Assembly (NCBI GenBank): GCA_002269645.1
Contig: NIVC01000109.1
Coordinates: 62,001-126,000, forward strand
Length of the DNA: 64,000 bases
Reading direction: 5' to 3'
From: Macrostomum lignano
Taxonomy: Eukaryota
The notes beneath the pieces are model-generated. The model saw only the letters and a list, made by a program, of their open reading frames with translations. It was not told where the DNA came from and ran no database searches. Below are positions 1 through 11,123 of this stretch, piece by piece. The position numbers and the translations under genes are program-made. Within the stretch, counting starts at the first letter, position 1. Every line of letters begins with the position of its first letter.

Positions 1-2163
1 TGGCGGCGTGCAGTCGTCGGATGCTGTCGTCCCGCAGATCCCAATTGCCTGTTCTCAATGATGACAGCACAGTCGATAGAATGGAATCACGGGCCGTGGC
101 TTCCCGGACTTGCTGCAGGGACAGGCCTCTCTCGTGGTCGCAGCTTGCGTGATGCTGCCGATGAATTTTGAGTCCAGGATCTCGCCGATGTTGATCGATG
201 TCGGAGCGGGCTCTGGCTGCCGGCTGAGGATGTCGCTCGGGTTGAATGGGCCTGGCTGATAGATGACGCTGAACTGCATGTCCTGGATGCTGAGCGCCCT
301 GCGTTCGATGCGTGGAGGTGGGCGCGAGCCGGGCTTCAGCATGAAGGTCAGTGGTTTGTGGTCGGTGACGACAGTGAAGTTGGCGGCGCCGCTGAGATAG
401 TGTCGAAATTTCAGGCAGCCGAACTTGATTGCGAGAGCCTTCCGTTCCGTCTGTGAATACCTCGACTCGACTGCCGATAGGGCTCTGCTTGCGAATGCTT
501 GGATGAGCCGTCGGACTGAATCTGGCAGAGAATGGCGCCGAGTCCGATGGGGCTGGCGTCGATAACGAGTTCGGTGTGCCGGTGCTTGTCAAAGAAGACC
601 ATTGTGCTGTCAACCGCGATGCGATCTCGGACTTCTTGAAAAGCCTTGGCCTGCTGCTCGCCCCACTGCCAGCTTGCACTCTTCTTGGTCAGGTCCCGCA
701 ACGGCCTCGTCATGTCTGCTAGGCCTGGCATGAAGCAACTGACAAATTCGTAACCAGACTGAGGAAGGAGCGGAATTCGGAGGCGTTCATTGGCTCTTTG
801 AGCTTTTGATCGCAGACACCTTGGCTTCAGCTGGCTGGATCCCTTTTGCCGACAGTCGCATGGCCAGGAAGTTGACCTCCGGCACCGCAAATTTGCACTT
901 GGACGGTTTGAGAGTTAGGCCGTGTCCCTGAAGGTGTTGAAGGCAGCTGGCTAGGCGACTGTTGTGCTCCTGGATGTCGCGGGCATACACGATAATGTCG
1001 TCGTGCACCCATCTCACTCCTGGCAGGCCGCTGAGTACTGTAGACATCACACGCTGTAAGATTTCTGCTGAAGCCGACGTGAAGCCAATACAGGGGCGCG
1101 TGAGTCTCATTAGGCCCAGTGGTGTCGAGAAGGTCAGAAACTTGCGTGATTCCTGATCGACCTTGATTTGGTGAAAGGCTTTGTTGATGTCTAGCTCCGA
1201 GAAAAATTGCGAGCCGGCCATTTCGTCGGTGACTTCTTCAAAGGTCGGAATCGGCTGCTTCTCCGGCATCACGTATTGATTGAGGTCTCTAAGGTCTTGG
1301 GTGATTAGCACCTGGTTCGAAGTGCTTTTTGGCACCACTACCATTCTAGCGACCCATTCGGAAGGCTTAGATACTCGCTCGATGATGCCTTCGCTGAGCT
1401 GGGCGTCGAGCTTCGAATCAGGCTTCGTCGGGCGTCCTTCATGGCTGCGTCTCGTAGGTGGATTGGCACTCGACTAGGCGGGTGGCACACTGGGATGGCG
1501 TTGTCCTTGAGTCGGATGCTCACTTCGACTTCCTTGACGCAGCCAACTCCTTGGAAGAGCGCGGGTGCTTTTTGAGGATGTTGTCAAGCTGAAGGTTTGC
1601 TGGAAGGTTAGCCGAGTTGGCCTCCGGACTCGAGGACTCCATTGCCATTGCCTTTGCTTTGCTGGCACTCCCGATGCTGTTGATGTGGGTTTCCGGTGCC
1701 GGACCCACTCGTAGTGCACCGAACTTCTCGCTCATTGCCCTTTCGAGAATGGTGACGCCCGAGTCTTGCACTTCTGGGAAGTCCACTACCTCCTCGAGAC
1801 CGCTGATTTTGACAAGGAGCTCAGCTCTGCCGGTGGTTGCCAGTGGTGTCTTCGAGCCGAACGGGTACAGCTGCCGTGCTGATCGAAGCAGTGGCGTTTT
1901 GGCTGTTTTGAGATCTTGAAAAGTAGCCATAACGATGACGTTGCAGCTGGCGCCACTATCGATAAGCGCCTCGACCGGCTTACCGTTGATAGAGATGCTC
2001 ATCAGCGGTAGCTTGTTCGCAGTCAGGTAGAAGACCTCCCCTTCATCGCTTGGTGACTTGCTGGATTCCGGGTGTTGCTGCTGACCACAAATGGTGTGCA
2101 CGCGGTCTCTGGAGTTGCCCTTAGACATTCAGGTCTTGGCCAGGTGGCCCACCTTTTTACAGA
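1..2163 (-). pseudogene. pol: Frameshifted pol remnant (aspartic protease, RT, RNase H)
   Basis: Protease ALIDSGA in ORF 1520-2128. RT motifs TQDLRDLN, IPTFEEVT and WVHDDIIVY in ORF 787-1344. RNase H VIDASPIGLGAILCQ in ORF 411-890. The motifs are split over several frames. Confidence 0.92.
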
Positions 2164-3320
2164 TGTAGTGTGAGCATCTTTTGCGTATTCTATTAGTTAG
2201 GTTTTGCATTATTGTTATTGAATTATTATTTTGCTTCAATTTAGTCACGCGGTCTAATGTACTTTTTTCTTGTTAGTTAAAATCTAAATTTGTAAACAGG
2301 TTAGAAGTCAGACGCCATTTCGTGACTCAGCGGAGGGTTGAGTTCTGCGAACCCCAGCTTTGCGCGGCCAGCCAATCAGAACCGGCCTGGACCCTGGCAC
2401 GCGGCAAAATCCAAGTCTACCCGACGCCGCGGGCACAATGCAAATTAGCTTAGCAAGCGGCCGGCCAGACGACCACCACCCGGCTTGAGGGGGGTTTTGA
2501 GGGTCTGACAATAACTATATATGAAAGTGTGTTTGGCAATCGGATCTCGCCTTCTTTCCCCGGTTCTTGGTTTTGTCCAGCTTCCCGGCCGCTTGCCCGA
2601 TTGTTTTGGTTCGCGCTTTGAGGCGCTTGAGTTCATCACCCCGGTCCATTTTTTGTCCCCGCCCGACCGCTTCAGTCTTGTGGCGTAACATCTACGGCAG
2701 ATTCCTGTCTGAAGTCGTCGCTATCAAGCGCGGTTAGATAGAGACTGTCGGATTTGACCAAGCACGTGGCCTCGATCCTGAGGGCCTCGGTGTCACACTG
2801 AAGGGCAGTATTGATAGAATTTAGTCAGTGCTCCGTTGAACGGTCAATTCGGCAGGGCTCTCGTTGAGTGTAGGTTCTGGTTTAGGCCAGGGGTTAGGAG
2901 TCTTCTCCGTGGTCGTGTTCGGGTTTTCTTCTTCCTCTTCCGCTGAGATCCATTTGCCAGTTGCGTTATTAATTTATTATTAATCGTTGTATCGTTATTA
3001 TCATCAGTTCGAATCATCTGCACCGCGAATCGCATTGAATCTTGTAACTTTATTAAATCTAATTAAACCGTCAATCAAGTTTAGTCAGTCTTGAACTAGG
3101 ATTATCACTCTCCAAATCTATTCGGTTCGTGTTCCCTCGTGTTCTTTCTTTTCTTGTACTGTACCTGCGGCTATTGGAGAAAGACGGGTAGGACTCGCCG
3201 ACCGGCGATAGGCAATTAGGGCCAATAGCTTTAAAATCTCCGAACGCTTCAAGTAGGTTTATCTAGGGCCTAAAGAATTGCTTATCGTGCATGCTATATA
3301 CATTTATTGTATCTATCACA
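2164..3320 (-). mobile_element. Solo LTR (1157 bp) of an unrelated family inserted into the gag zinc knuckle
   Basis: TG...CA ends (minus strand TGTGATAG...CACTACA) flanked by a 4-bp direct repeat CAGA. Removing the insert restores the codons for K-T-C-N-I-C-K-K-V-G-H-L-A. Confidence 0.8.
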
Positions 3321-4050
3321 CAGATGTTGCATGTTTTGCCTTTTGCCGCGTCGCAGCTGCGGTGCCTGGTTTCACGGTAACGGCAACGGTAACGGTAGCA
3401 CTTGGACTTGCTGGCAGGCTAGTAGGATGGTCCGTCTTGTTGCTCACCTCTGGTGCGCCTCATCGAGTTGACTGTCTCGTCGCGGCGTGACTCCATGGCC
3501 GCTGACTGGTAGCTCGCGGCTTTGAAGGCTCGGCACAGCTGCAGTGCATCCTGCAAGCTGATGTTGGCGGTCTGCAGTAGCCGTCGTCTGAGTTGCTCGA
3601 AGTTGCATCCGGCGACAACCTAGTCGCGGATGAGGGAGTCGCGCAAATTGTCGAAGTCGCAGCTTTCTGCGGCCTTGTATAGCTGACTGACCCATGCGTC
3701 GATGCTCTGGCCTGGTTGCTGCATGCAGTTTCGGAACTCATATCTTGAGAACACCACGCACCTGCGGCCTGTGAAGTGGTCTTTGAACACTTTGATATAA
3801 GTTCTTCGACGGTGTTTCCGCTGTTGGTCAGCTGCTTGTATAGTTCGGCCAGCTCCCTCCCGCTTGTGTACAGCAGGACTTGTGTCTGCTGGGCCGGATC
3901 CTTGACTCCGAAAGCTTGGATGAAGCACAGAAAGCGCGATGACCAATCTTCCCACCGTGATGACAGTGCGTGTGCTTCTTGGTTGACGTTGAATGGCTTT
4001 GGAGGAGGCAGTTGCAGTTGAACGACCGTGCCTGTCTGGCCACTGTTTCA
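3321..4050 (-). pseudogene. gag: gag remnant of the degenerate gypsy element
   Basis: LPPPKPFNV...SRWEDWSSRF and FSRYEFRNCMQQPGQ match the N-terminus of ORF 6721-10725; frameshifted. Confidence 0.85.
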
Positions 4051-4078
4051 GTAGACATAGCTTAACTTGCGATGCCAG

Positions 4079-4273
4079 TGTAGTGACTGACGCGAGAGAC
4101 AGAAGTTAAGCTGAACCAAACGTATACGGCCCCGAATTGGGCGTGGGGCACGATTATATATTTGAGCTCAAAGCTCTGTAATCGATTGCTCTAGAGTAAG
4201 TGTACATCTGCGATGCAATGTACATAGGAGTTAAAATCAACGTGCCAAGAAGGGGGGGGCGCAGAGTACAACA
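4079..4273 (-). repeat. 5' LTR (195 bp) of the degenerate gypsy element
   Basis: Minus strand TGTTGTA...CACTACA, followed after one base by the PBS TGGCATCGCAAG (4066-4077). Confidence 0.85.
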
Positions 4274-5059
4274 CTTGACAAACCTTAACATCGCCCTCAG
4301 CTGAACAGGTCACTTGCGTCCTGTTTGACTTGCTGCTGTCATTTCTGGTGAAGCCGCAGTGTTGGAATCCGGACAGACTGTGACTGAAAGCGGCTGCAGT
4401 GCAGTTGGGTGCATCCTCATCCAGACCGGCTGGCTTCTTCTCACTGAGCAGCACTTCGATGCCCAGTGCTCTGTGGCTGACTGATGTGCAACGAGGGCAA
4501 TTACTTCTGGGTACATTATTACTGTAGCTCAGTAATGGAACGCCAATGGCTTACAGTTTTGTCTCCCATAGACAGTGATGGAGCGCACTGGGACACTTCG
4601 GGTCAGCTTCAGCAGCAGCCACTGGTAGCCGGAGGGGTCCGGAGTGTCGCTGGTATGAAAATAGGGCCACTGCCCGGCTTGTCCATTGATCTGATGAAGC
4701 AATCGCATTCTGGGTGATTGTAGACAGACGATTGCCAGGCATTGGCCATCTCAGCTCTGGAGACCTTGATGCCACGGCCTATTCAAACGATTCGTTACGT
4801 TTTTTGCTAGCTTTATGAGTTGTATTTTTTTACATAACTATACTCGTATATGGTTTGTGCTAAAGGCTTCGATAGAAATGAGTAGTATATCCTTCGAATT
4901 ACTTTGATCTGTTTTAATCTGGGAGAATTTCTGAATCCGTCGGTGCCTTTGCAGTATTCCCTTAAATGTGTGTCCTTTTCAAAAGTCCTTCCGAAACTCA
5001 CAGCATCTGAAGCAGCACAGACTGCAGACGAAAGCCGCCAGGATCAGCAGCCTGGGCAT
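4274..5059 (-). pseudogene. Receptor paralog A: F-type-lectin/Ig receptor pseudogene (signal exon plus lectin exons only)
   Basis: Exon 1 at 5059-5002 encodes MPRLLILAAFVCSLCCFRC and ends at a GTGAGT donor. Exons at ~4770-4510 and ~4490-4285 are closely similar to paralog B (16449-15929). There is a 1-nt frameshift before YFH and a 12-nt deletion, and the gene is truncated by the LTR at 4273. Confidence 0.8.
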
Positions 5060-5979
5060 GAGTAGTCTTACGGCGTATGATTTGTTGCAGTTAAATTTGT
5101 TCGATATCTCAGCCTAAATCGTAGAACTAATTCTGTTGGATGTGATCGAAGATGAGCAAAGCAAGCAACCAATTCGTAGCAAGTAGAGCAGTTCCTTTAT
5201 GTGACTTTTCATCGGCTCGCACAAATCTTCTATGAGTGTTTAAAAAGCCTTTGGCTGATCATTTTTAGATTGATGATCACTTCTGCTGCACCGCCCAATG
5301 AAATCGAAGCAGTTTTTTGGCATGACTGGCGCAAGTTCGCGCCGTACGCTGTCAATATTTGGCTTACGCGCAGGCAAACAACAGCACTGACGTCTCCATT
5401 TCAGATCCAAGTATCTATCTGGATCTTATTCCCGTAAGACACCATCGATAATCCGCGCCTCTGCCAAACCCTACCAACATTTCAGGCTTATGATAGCTGC
5501 AGTTGATGTTTAGGAGTTAATGATCGGACAGCAGAGGACCAAGAAAGATCGAAACGCAGAATCTGCAAGCTAGACTGATGTCTAAGAAAGGAAAACTTCG
5601 AGAGCCCCTGCTTTATGCGCGATTTTATATGGTTATGTAAGATTCCATTGCTGAGGCCTTAAGTTGACAAGAAATATCATATTTATTTCCATTTCTTTGT
5701 CAGCTCAAAGGAGATGGATGTCCTGGAGGCTTCTACTTCGCACTCTTTCTGTCAAGAATCCCAATAAAAATCCTCTAGTACGTGCTGTATCCTGGCATTG
5801 TTGGAGTTTCCTGGGATGAACTGTAGAGAAAATAATACTACTGAGTACAGTCACAGGCACGCTAAATGCACTCTTGCTACACATACGAGCTAAGTCCTGC
5901 TGGAGTTGGTATTTTCCGTGAGAGTCAGGTTTCAGTGTTTCTCAGAACAGGTTAAAATTGCAAAAAGTGTAACGTCCTC

Positions 5980-6515
5980 AGTCCCATGACCAAATGACCT
6001 CAATGTCCTCAGCCTCATGACCCCAATGTCATGTCCTCAATGTCCTCAGTCCCATGACCTCAATGTCCTCAACCCCATGACCCCAATATCACGTCCTCAG
6101 CTCAATGACCTCAATTTCCTCAGTCCCATGACCTCAATGTCCTCAGCCTCATGACCCCAATATCATGTCCTCAGCTCCATGACCCCAATGTCATGTCCTC
6201 AGCTTAATGACCTCAATTTGCTCAGTCCCATGACCCCATTGTCCTCAGTCTCATGACCCTAATGTCATGTCCTCAGCCTCATGACCCTAATGTCATGTCC
6301 TCAGCCTCATGACCCTAATGTCATGTCCTCAGCCTCATGACCCTAATGTCATGTCCTCAGCCTCATGGCCCTAATGTCATGTCCTCAGCCTCATGACCCT
6401 AATGTCATGTCCTCAGCCTCATGATCCTAATGTCATGTCCTCAGCCTCATGATCCAATGACCTCAGCCCCATGACTCCGATTTCCTCAGCCCCATGACTC
6501 CAATTTCCTCAGCCC
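5980..6515. repeat. Minisatellite, 23-28 bp unit (ATGACCCCAATGTC[ATGTC]CTCAGCCCC), left part
   Basis: Direct tandem units visible; continues after the LTR element at 11124. Confidence 0.95.
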
Positions 6516-6688
6516 TGTAGTGTGCGTACGCACAGTATGGTACGCCCGGGCAGTCTGATTGGCTGCGGAGTGGGGTGGGTGCCGCCACCCCAATTCTAAC
6601 TCCATAATATATAGACGCGTGCCCAGCGCGGCGAGATTTGTAAGAGTTTGGCTACACAGCAAACACGGCCTCTGACTCAGTTACTACA
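6516..6688 (+). repeat. 5' LTR
   Basis: TGTAG...CTACA; identical by eye to 10951-11123. Confidence 0.97.
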
Positions 6689-6689
6689 A

Positions 6690-6701
6690 TGGCGTCGCAA
6701 G
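6690..6701 (+). promoter_or_regulatory. Primer binding site
   Basis: TGGCGTCGCAAG one base after the LTR. It is complementary to a tRNA 3' end (...GACGCCA); the tRNA identity was not determined. Confidence 0.85.
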
Positions 6702-6720
6702 AACTGAACCTTTAAAAATC

Positions 6721-9700
6721 ATGACTCAGCAAATTTCACTCGCGCCACCCGGGCCGTTTACAATCGATGTGCTGTGCCACTCCACAGCACAGCGCTGGAC
6801 TGCATGGACTCGTCGCTTCGCCACGTACATCAATGCAGCTGGAATCACCGACAAGACTCGAGGGCAGCAGCTGCTGCTGTACGCCGCAGGAGAGGAGCTG
6901 CAGGCTGTTGTCGAAGAGAACAAGATCGCCTCTGGAGAGGACCACAGCAGCCTCGCGAAAAACATCCAGACGTTCTGTGACGGAAAGAATAACATTGTGT
7001 TCCTGCGTTTCAAGTTTGAGACCTGCAGACAGCAGCCTGGCGAGCCGATCGACCAGTGGTATCAGCGTCTGCGCAAGGCGGCGGAGCCGTGCGAGTTCGG
7101 CACCCTCAGAGACTCGCTGATCCGTGACAAAATCGTCGCCTACTGCGAATCTGAGAGACTCAGGAGAGACTTATTGCAGACCAACAATATCTCCCTGGCA
7201 GATGTGCTCAAAAAGGCGAGGGCGAAAGAAGCCGCGGAGCAGCAGGCCACCGCAATGGAGAGCGACAGACCAGGGGAACCGCAGCAGCTCGCAGCAGTCA
7301 GAAGAGACCAGAAGCCACAGATGCCGCAGACACCAACGCAGCACGTATCGTGCGATCGCTGCGGCAGGCCAGGGCACCCCACGTGCACCGCAGCGAAGGG
7401 CAAGAGCTGCAGAAAGTGCGGGAAGCCGGGCCACTTCGCGCGAGCCTGCAGGTCCAAGAAGGGCGCCCCGCAGAGCGGCGCCGACGCCGTCGCAAAGCTG
7501 CAAGGCGAGACCAGCTACCAGAAAGTGGACGACCCGGACTCCGGCGTGTTCGAGGTCGATCAGGGTGAGCAGTCGGCCCACACAATAGCCGAGATCAACG
7601 GCTCCAGACTGTCGGTGTTGATCGACAGCGGCGCGGCTCGAAATGTGATCAATCGGGCCACGTTCGAGAGTCTGAGACAGCGGCCGCACCTGCAGAACAC
7701 CTCGGACAGGCTGTTCGCGTACGGGTCGGACCGGCCGATGCAGCTGCTGGGCAAGGCGGCGATGGACGTTCGCATTTTCGGCCGGCAGGCAGTCGCCACG
7801 TTCCACGTCGTCGAAGGGAGAGGCATCACCATCATCGGCAGGCAGACGGCCACTCAGATGGACATTCTGCGGGTCGGGCCACCACCGACAGCCGGACAGC
7901 AGGTGCTGCAGGTCGCTGAAGCGGAGGCGGCGGTCGATGGTCTTCTCAGCGGCACGAGATCCAGCGGAGTGCCTCAAGGACATGTCGAGGACATCGGCAG
8001 GGTGCTGCGCAAGCACGCCAGCGTGTTCAGCGGAATCGGCTGCTTCACCGGGCCGCCTGCCGACATCCACCTCACCGACAGCGCCCGCCCGGTCTGCCAT
8101 GCGCCTTCGAAGGTGCCGATCCACCTGGCAGACGCGGTGGACAAGGAACTGCAGCTGTTAGAGCAGCTCGGGATCATTGAGCCCGTCGACGGCCCGGTGC
8201 TGTGGGTCGCGCGGATGGTCGTCGTGCCCAAGAAGGAGCCGGGCGAGGTGCGCATCACGCAGGACCTCCGCGATGTCAACCGCTTTGTCATCCGCGAGCG
8301 ACACCAGATTCCGACTTTCGAGGAGGTGACCGGGGACATGGCTGGCAGCACTGTGTTCTCAGAGCTGGACATCGCGAAGGCGTTCTACCAGGTGCCTGTC
8401 GCCGAGAAATGCCGCAACCTGCTAACATTCTCGACGCCTCGCGGGCTTCGCCGTCTCACCGGGCTGTGCATGGGCCTGTCCACCTCCCAGGAGATCCTGC
8501 AGAATGTGATGAGTCGAGTGCTGGCAGGCCTGCCCAACGTCAAATGGATCCACGACGACGTGGTCGTGTTCGGCCGCACGATGGCGGAGCACAACAGCAG
8601 CCTCGAGGCATGTCTGGCCCGCCTGGCGCAGCACGGCATCACGCTGAACGCTCGGAAATGCCGACTGGCGCGCAGCAGCATCGAGTTCATGGGAATGGGG
8701 CTCACGGCGGAAGAGGTCCAGGCCACGGAGAGCAAGGTCGCCGCCGTTCAAGACTTCAAGGAACCCGAGTCGATTGGGCAGCTTCGCTCATTCCTGGGCC
8801 TCGTGAACTACCTCGCCGTGTTCACACCACAGCTGGCCAAGGTGGCGGAGCCGCTGCGGCGCCTGACCAGGAAGACCGTCGACTGGCAGTGGGGCGCCGA
8901 CCAGGCCAGCGCCTTTGAGCAGCTGAAGCGCAGCATCGCGGAGCCGACAACGCTGGCTTTTTACGACAAGCGGCTACACACGCAGCTGATCGTGGACGCG
9001 GGGCCGACCGGACTGGGCGCCATCCTGGCGCAGGTGCAGCGCGACGGCAGCTCAAGGCCGGTTGCATACGCCAGCCGGACCCTCTCCGATGTCGAGCGGC
9101 GATATTCGCAGACCGAGAAGGAGGCACTCGCCGTGAAGTTCGGCTGCCTGAAGTTTGAGTACTACCTGCATGGATCGCCCCAGCTCTCAGTGGTCTCTGA
9201 TCACAAGCAGCTGACGGCCATGTTCGCGCCTGGGTCGCAGCCGCCTCCACGAGTCGAGCGAATGGCGCTGAGGATCCAGCACCTAGTGTTCAAGGTCGAG
9301 TATCAGCCGGGAGCCTCCAATGCTGCAGATGTACTCAGCAGGCAGCCCCTAAGCGAGCACGACGGAAGTTTTGGCGAGCAGCGGAGGGAGGCCTACATCA
9401 ACGAGGTGGCGCAGGCGGCTGTGCCGATGGCGCTGACGCTCCAAGACATCCGCAAGAGCTCTGCCTTCGACCCAGTCATCCGGGCGGCGATAGCGGCGAC
9501 GCAAGGCGGTCGGTGGGATCGCTCCAACCCCGAGATGCGCTCGCTCCACGCGCTGCAAGAGGAGCTGTTTGCGGTTGACAGGGTCCTCCTTCGACACCAC
9601 CGAATCGTCGTGCCAGCCGATCTGCGGCAGCAGATGCTCGAATTAGCGCATCAAGGGCACCAGTGCTCGCAGAAGACGATCGCCAGACTCTGCACGAAGG

Positions 9701-10725
9701 TCTGGTGGCCGAGGATGGCAACTCAAGCGGAGGAATTCGTCAGTCGATGCCGCAGCTGCGCCGTCACGTCGCACACGTCAGCCGTCCGGGCCACGCCTCT
9801 GCAGCCGACGCCGATCCCCACGGGCGCCTGGCTGTCGATCGGCGCCGATTTCGTGGGACCCATCAACAACAACATGCTGCTGGTGTGCGTGGACCGCTAC
9901 TCAAGGTTTCCGGAGGTGCACCTCATGCAGACGACGACGGCCGAGGCATTGATTCCCCGCCTGCGAGAGATGTTCGCCCGCTTCGGGATCCCACAGGAGC
10001 TCGTGACAGATAATGGACCACCTTTCTCGTCCAAGGAGTGCGGCCGGTTCCTGGCGAGCTATGGGATCAAGCACCGCCTCATCACGCCCTACTACCCAGC
10101 GGCCAACGGCATGACAGAGCGACTGAACCGCTCCATCAACAAAGTCGTGCGAGCAGCCATCGAGGAGCGGCGGGACTGGAGGGCCGCTCTGGACGAGTGG
10201 CTGCTGGCCTACAGGAACACGCCGCACACAGCCACCGGGCGCGCACCAGCCGAGCTGCTGATGGGCCGGCGGCCAAACGACATCATCCCCGCCACCCGGC
10301 CGTCCCAGCGAGTCCGCATCAACGAGCAGCGGCTGAGAGAAGCCGACGCTGGCGCCAAGGCGGCGATGAAGCAGCACGCGGACGCAAAAAGTCGACCACG
10401 GCGGCACGACGTCCAGGTCGGCAACTCGGTGCTACGACGGCGGGTCGGTGCCAGCAAGACGCAGACGCCATTCGAGAGCGGTGCCTGGACAGTCCAGCGG
10501 GTGGCCGGCAACTCGCTGCTGCTACGCCGGGACGGCACGACCTGCTGGCGGCACTGCACGGCGGTCAAAGTCGTCAGCCCCGACTTGGCCGACGCCGGCG
10601 CCCAGACGCAGACCGCTGCACCGAGAGCTTCGGGCGAGGCGGCCCGAGATCCACCCGCCTCCCCGGTGGCGCTGCGCCCGCACCCCCGCGCTGCTCGGGC
10701 GGGCGTGAAAATCTACAAGAACTGA
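6721..10725 (+). CDS. gag-pol: Gag-Pol polyprotein (gag with two zinc knuckles, protease, RT, RNase H, integrase)
   Basis: Zinc knuckles CDRCGRPGHPTC and CRKCGKPGHFARAC; protease LIDSGA; RT WIHDDVVVF; RNase H IVDAGPTGLGA...YSQTEKEALA; integrase HQGH...CRSC, ADF, TDNG and NGMTERLN. Uninterrupted 1334 aa in gypsy domain order. Confidence 0.98.
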   Translation: MTQQISLAPPGPFTIDVLCHSTAQRWTAWTRRFATYINAAGITDKTRGQQLLLYAAGEELQAVVEENKIASGEDHSSLAKNIQTFCDGKNNIVFLRFKFETCRQQPGEPIDQWYQRLRKAAEPCEFGTLRDSLIRDKIVAYCESERLRRDLLQTNNISLADVLKKARAKEAAEQQATAMESDRPGEPQQLAAVRRDQKPQMPQTPTQHVSCDRCGRPGHPTCTAAKGKSCRKCGKPGHFARACRSKKGAPQSGADAVAKLQGETSYQKVDDPDSGVFEVDQGEQSAHTIAEINGSRLSVLIDSGAARNVINRATFESLRQRPHLQNTSDRLFAYGSDRPMQLLGKAAMDVRIFGRQAVATFHVVEGRGITIIGRQTATQMDILRVGPPPTAGQQVLQVAEAEAAVDGLLSGTRSSGVPQGHVEDIGRVLRKHASVFSGIGCFTGPPADIHLTDSARPVCHAPSKVPIHLADAVDKELQLLEQLGIIEPVDGPVLWVARMVVVPKKEPGEVRITQDLRDVNRFVIRERHQIPTFEEVTGDMAGSTVFSELDIAKAFYQVPVAEKCRNLLTFSTPRGLRRLTGLCMGLSTSQEILQNVMSRVLAGLPNVKWIHDDVVVFGRTMAEHNSSLEACLARLAQHGITLNARKCRLARSSIEFMGMGLTAEEVQATESKVAAVQDFKEPESIGQLRSFLGLVNYLAVFTPQLAKVAEPLRRLTRKTVDWQWGADQASAFEQLKRSIAEPTTLAFYDKRLHTQLIVDAGPTGLGAILAQVQRDGSSRPVAYASRTLSDVERRYSQTEKEALAVKFGCLKFEYYLHGSPQLSVVSDHKQLTAMFAPGSQPPPRVERMALRIQHLVFKVEYQPGASNAADVLSRQPLSEHDGSFGEQRREAYINEVAQAAVPMALTLQDIRKSSAFDPVIRAAIAATQGGRWDRSNPEMRSLHALQEELFAVDRVLLRHHRIVVPADLRQQMLELAHQGHQCSQKTIARLCTKVWWPRMATQAEEFVSRCRSCAVTSHTSAVRATPLQPTPIPTGAWLSIGADFVGPINNNMLLVCVDRYSRFPEVHLMQTTTAEALIPRLREMFARFGIPQELVTDNGPPFSSKECGRFLASYGIKHRLITPYYPAANGMTERLNRSINKVVRAAIEERRDWRAALDEWLLAYRNTPHTATGRAPAELLMGRRPNDIIPATRPSQRVRINEQRLREADAGAKAAMKQHADAKSRPRRHDVQVGNSVLRRRVGASKTQTPFESGAWTVQRVAGNSLLLRRDGTTCWRHCTAVKVVSPDLADAGAQTQTAAPRASGEAARDPPASPVALRPHPRAARAGVKIYKN

Positions 10726-10950
10726 ATTTGAAATCCTGCAATGACTGAAATTAACTGACTTTCTTTTCCGTAATATGCGGACTGAAGTTTTTTTACGTTT
10801 TTGCTGCAATCAATTCAAATATTTTATTTCCTCAATACTTTAATCTCCATTTTCAATGCGCATCATCGGTGAATCTTTCGAACTTTGTATTTTCGAGTTA
10901 CGTTTAAATCGATTTTCTTCTCTCTCAGTCTCTATTCGAAAGGGGAGAGA

Positions 10951-11123
10951 TGTAGTGTGCGTACGCACAGTATGGTACGCCCGGGCAGTCTGATTGGCTG
11001 CGGAGTGGGGTGGGTGCCGCCACCCCAATTCTAACTCCATAATATATAGACGCGTGCCCAGCGCGGCGAGATTTGTAAGAGTTTGGCTACACAGCAAACA
11101 CGGCCTCTGACTCAGTTACTACA
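10951..11123 (+). repeat. 3' LTR
   Basis: Identical to the 5' LTR; preceded by the PPT and followed by TSD AGCCC. Confidence 0.97.

Larger units (their letters stand above)
1..4273 (-). mobile_element. Degenerate Ty3/gypsy (Mag-like) LTR retrotransposon, running off the left edge of the window
   Basis: 5' LTR at 4079-4273, PBS TGGCATCGCAAG, gag remnant at 3321-4050 and frameshifted pol fragments at 1-2163. All are homologous to the intact element at 6516-11123 (e.g. QQPGQSIDAWVSQLYKAAESCDFDNLRDSLIRD vs QQPGEPIDQWYQRLRKAAEPCEFGTLRDSLIRD). Confidence 0.93.
6516..11123 (+). mobile_element. Intact full-length Ty3/gypsy (Mag-like) LTR retrotransposon, 4608 bp
   Basis: Two identical 173-bp LTRs (6516-6688, 10951-11123), 5-bp TSD AGCCC, PBS TGGCGTCGCAAG at 6690, PPT AAAGGGGAGAGA at 10939-10950, and a single gag-pol ORF. 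Confidence 0.98.

Noticed and set aside
6726-10809. Numerous overlapping and antisense ORFs within the gypsy element (also in 30881-38529)
   Set aside because: These are expected by-products of GC-rich coding sequence and have no recognisable motifs.
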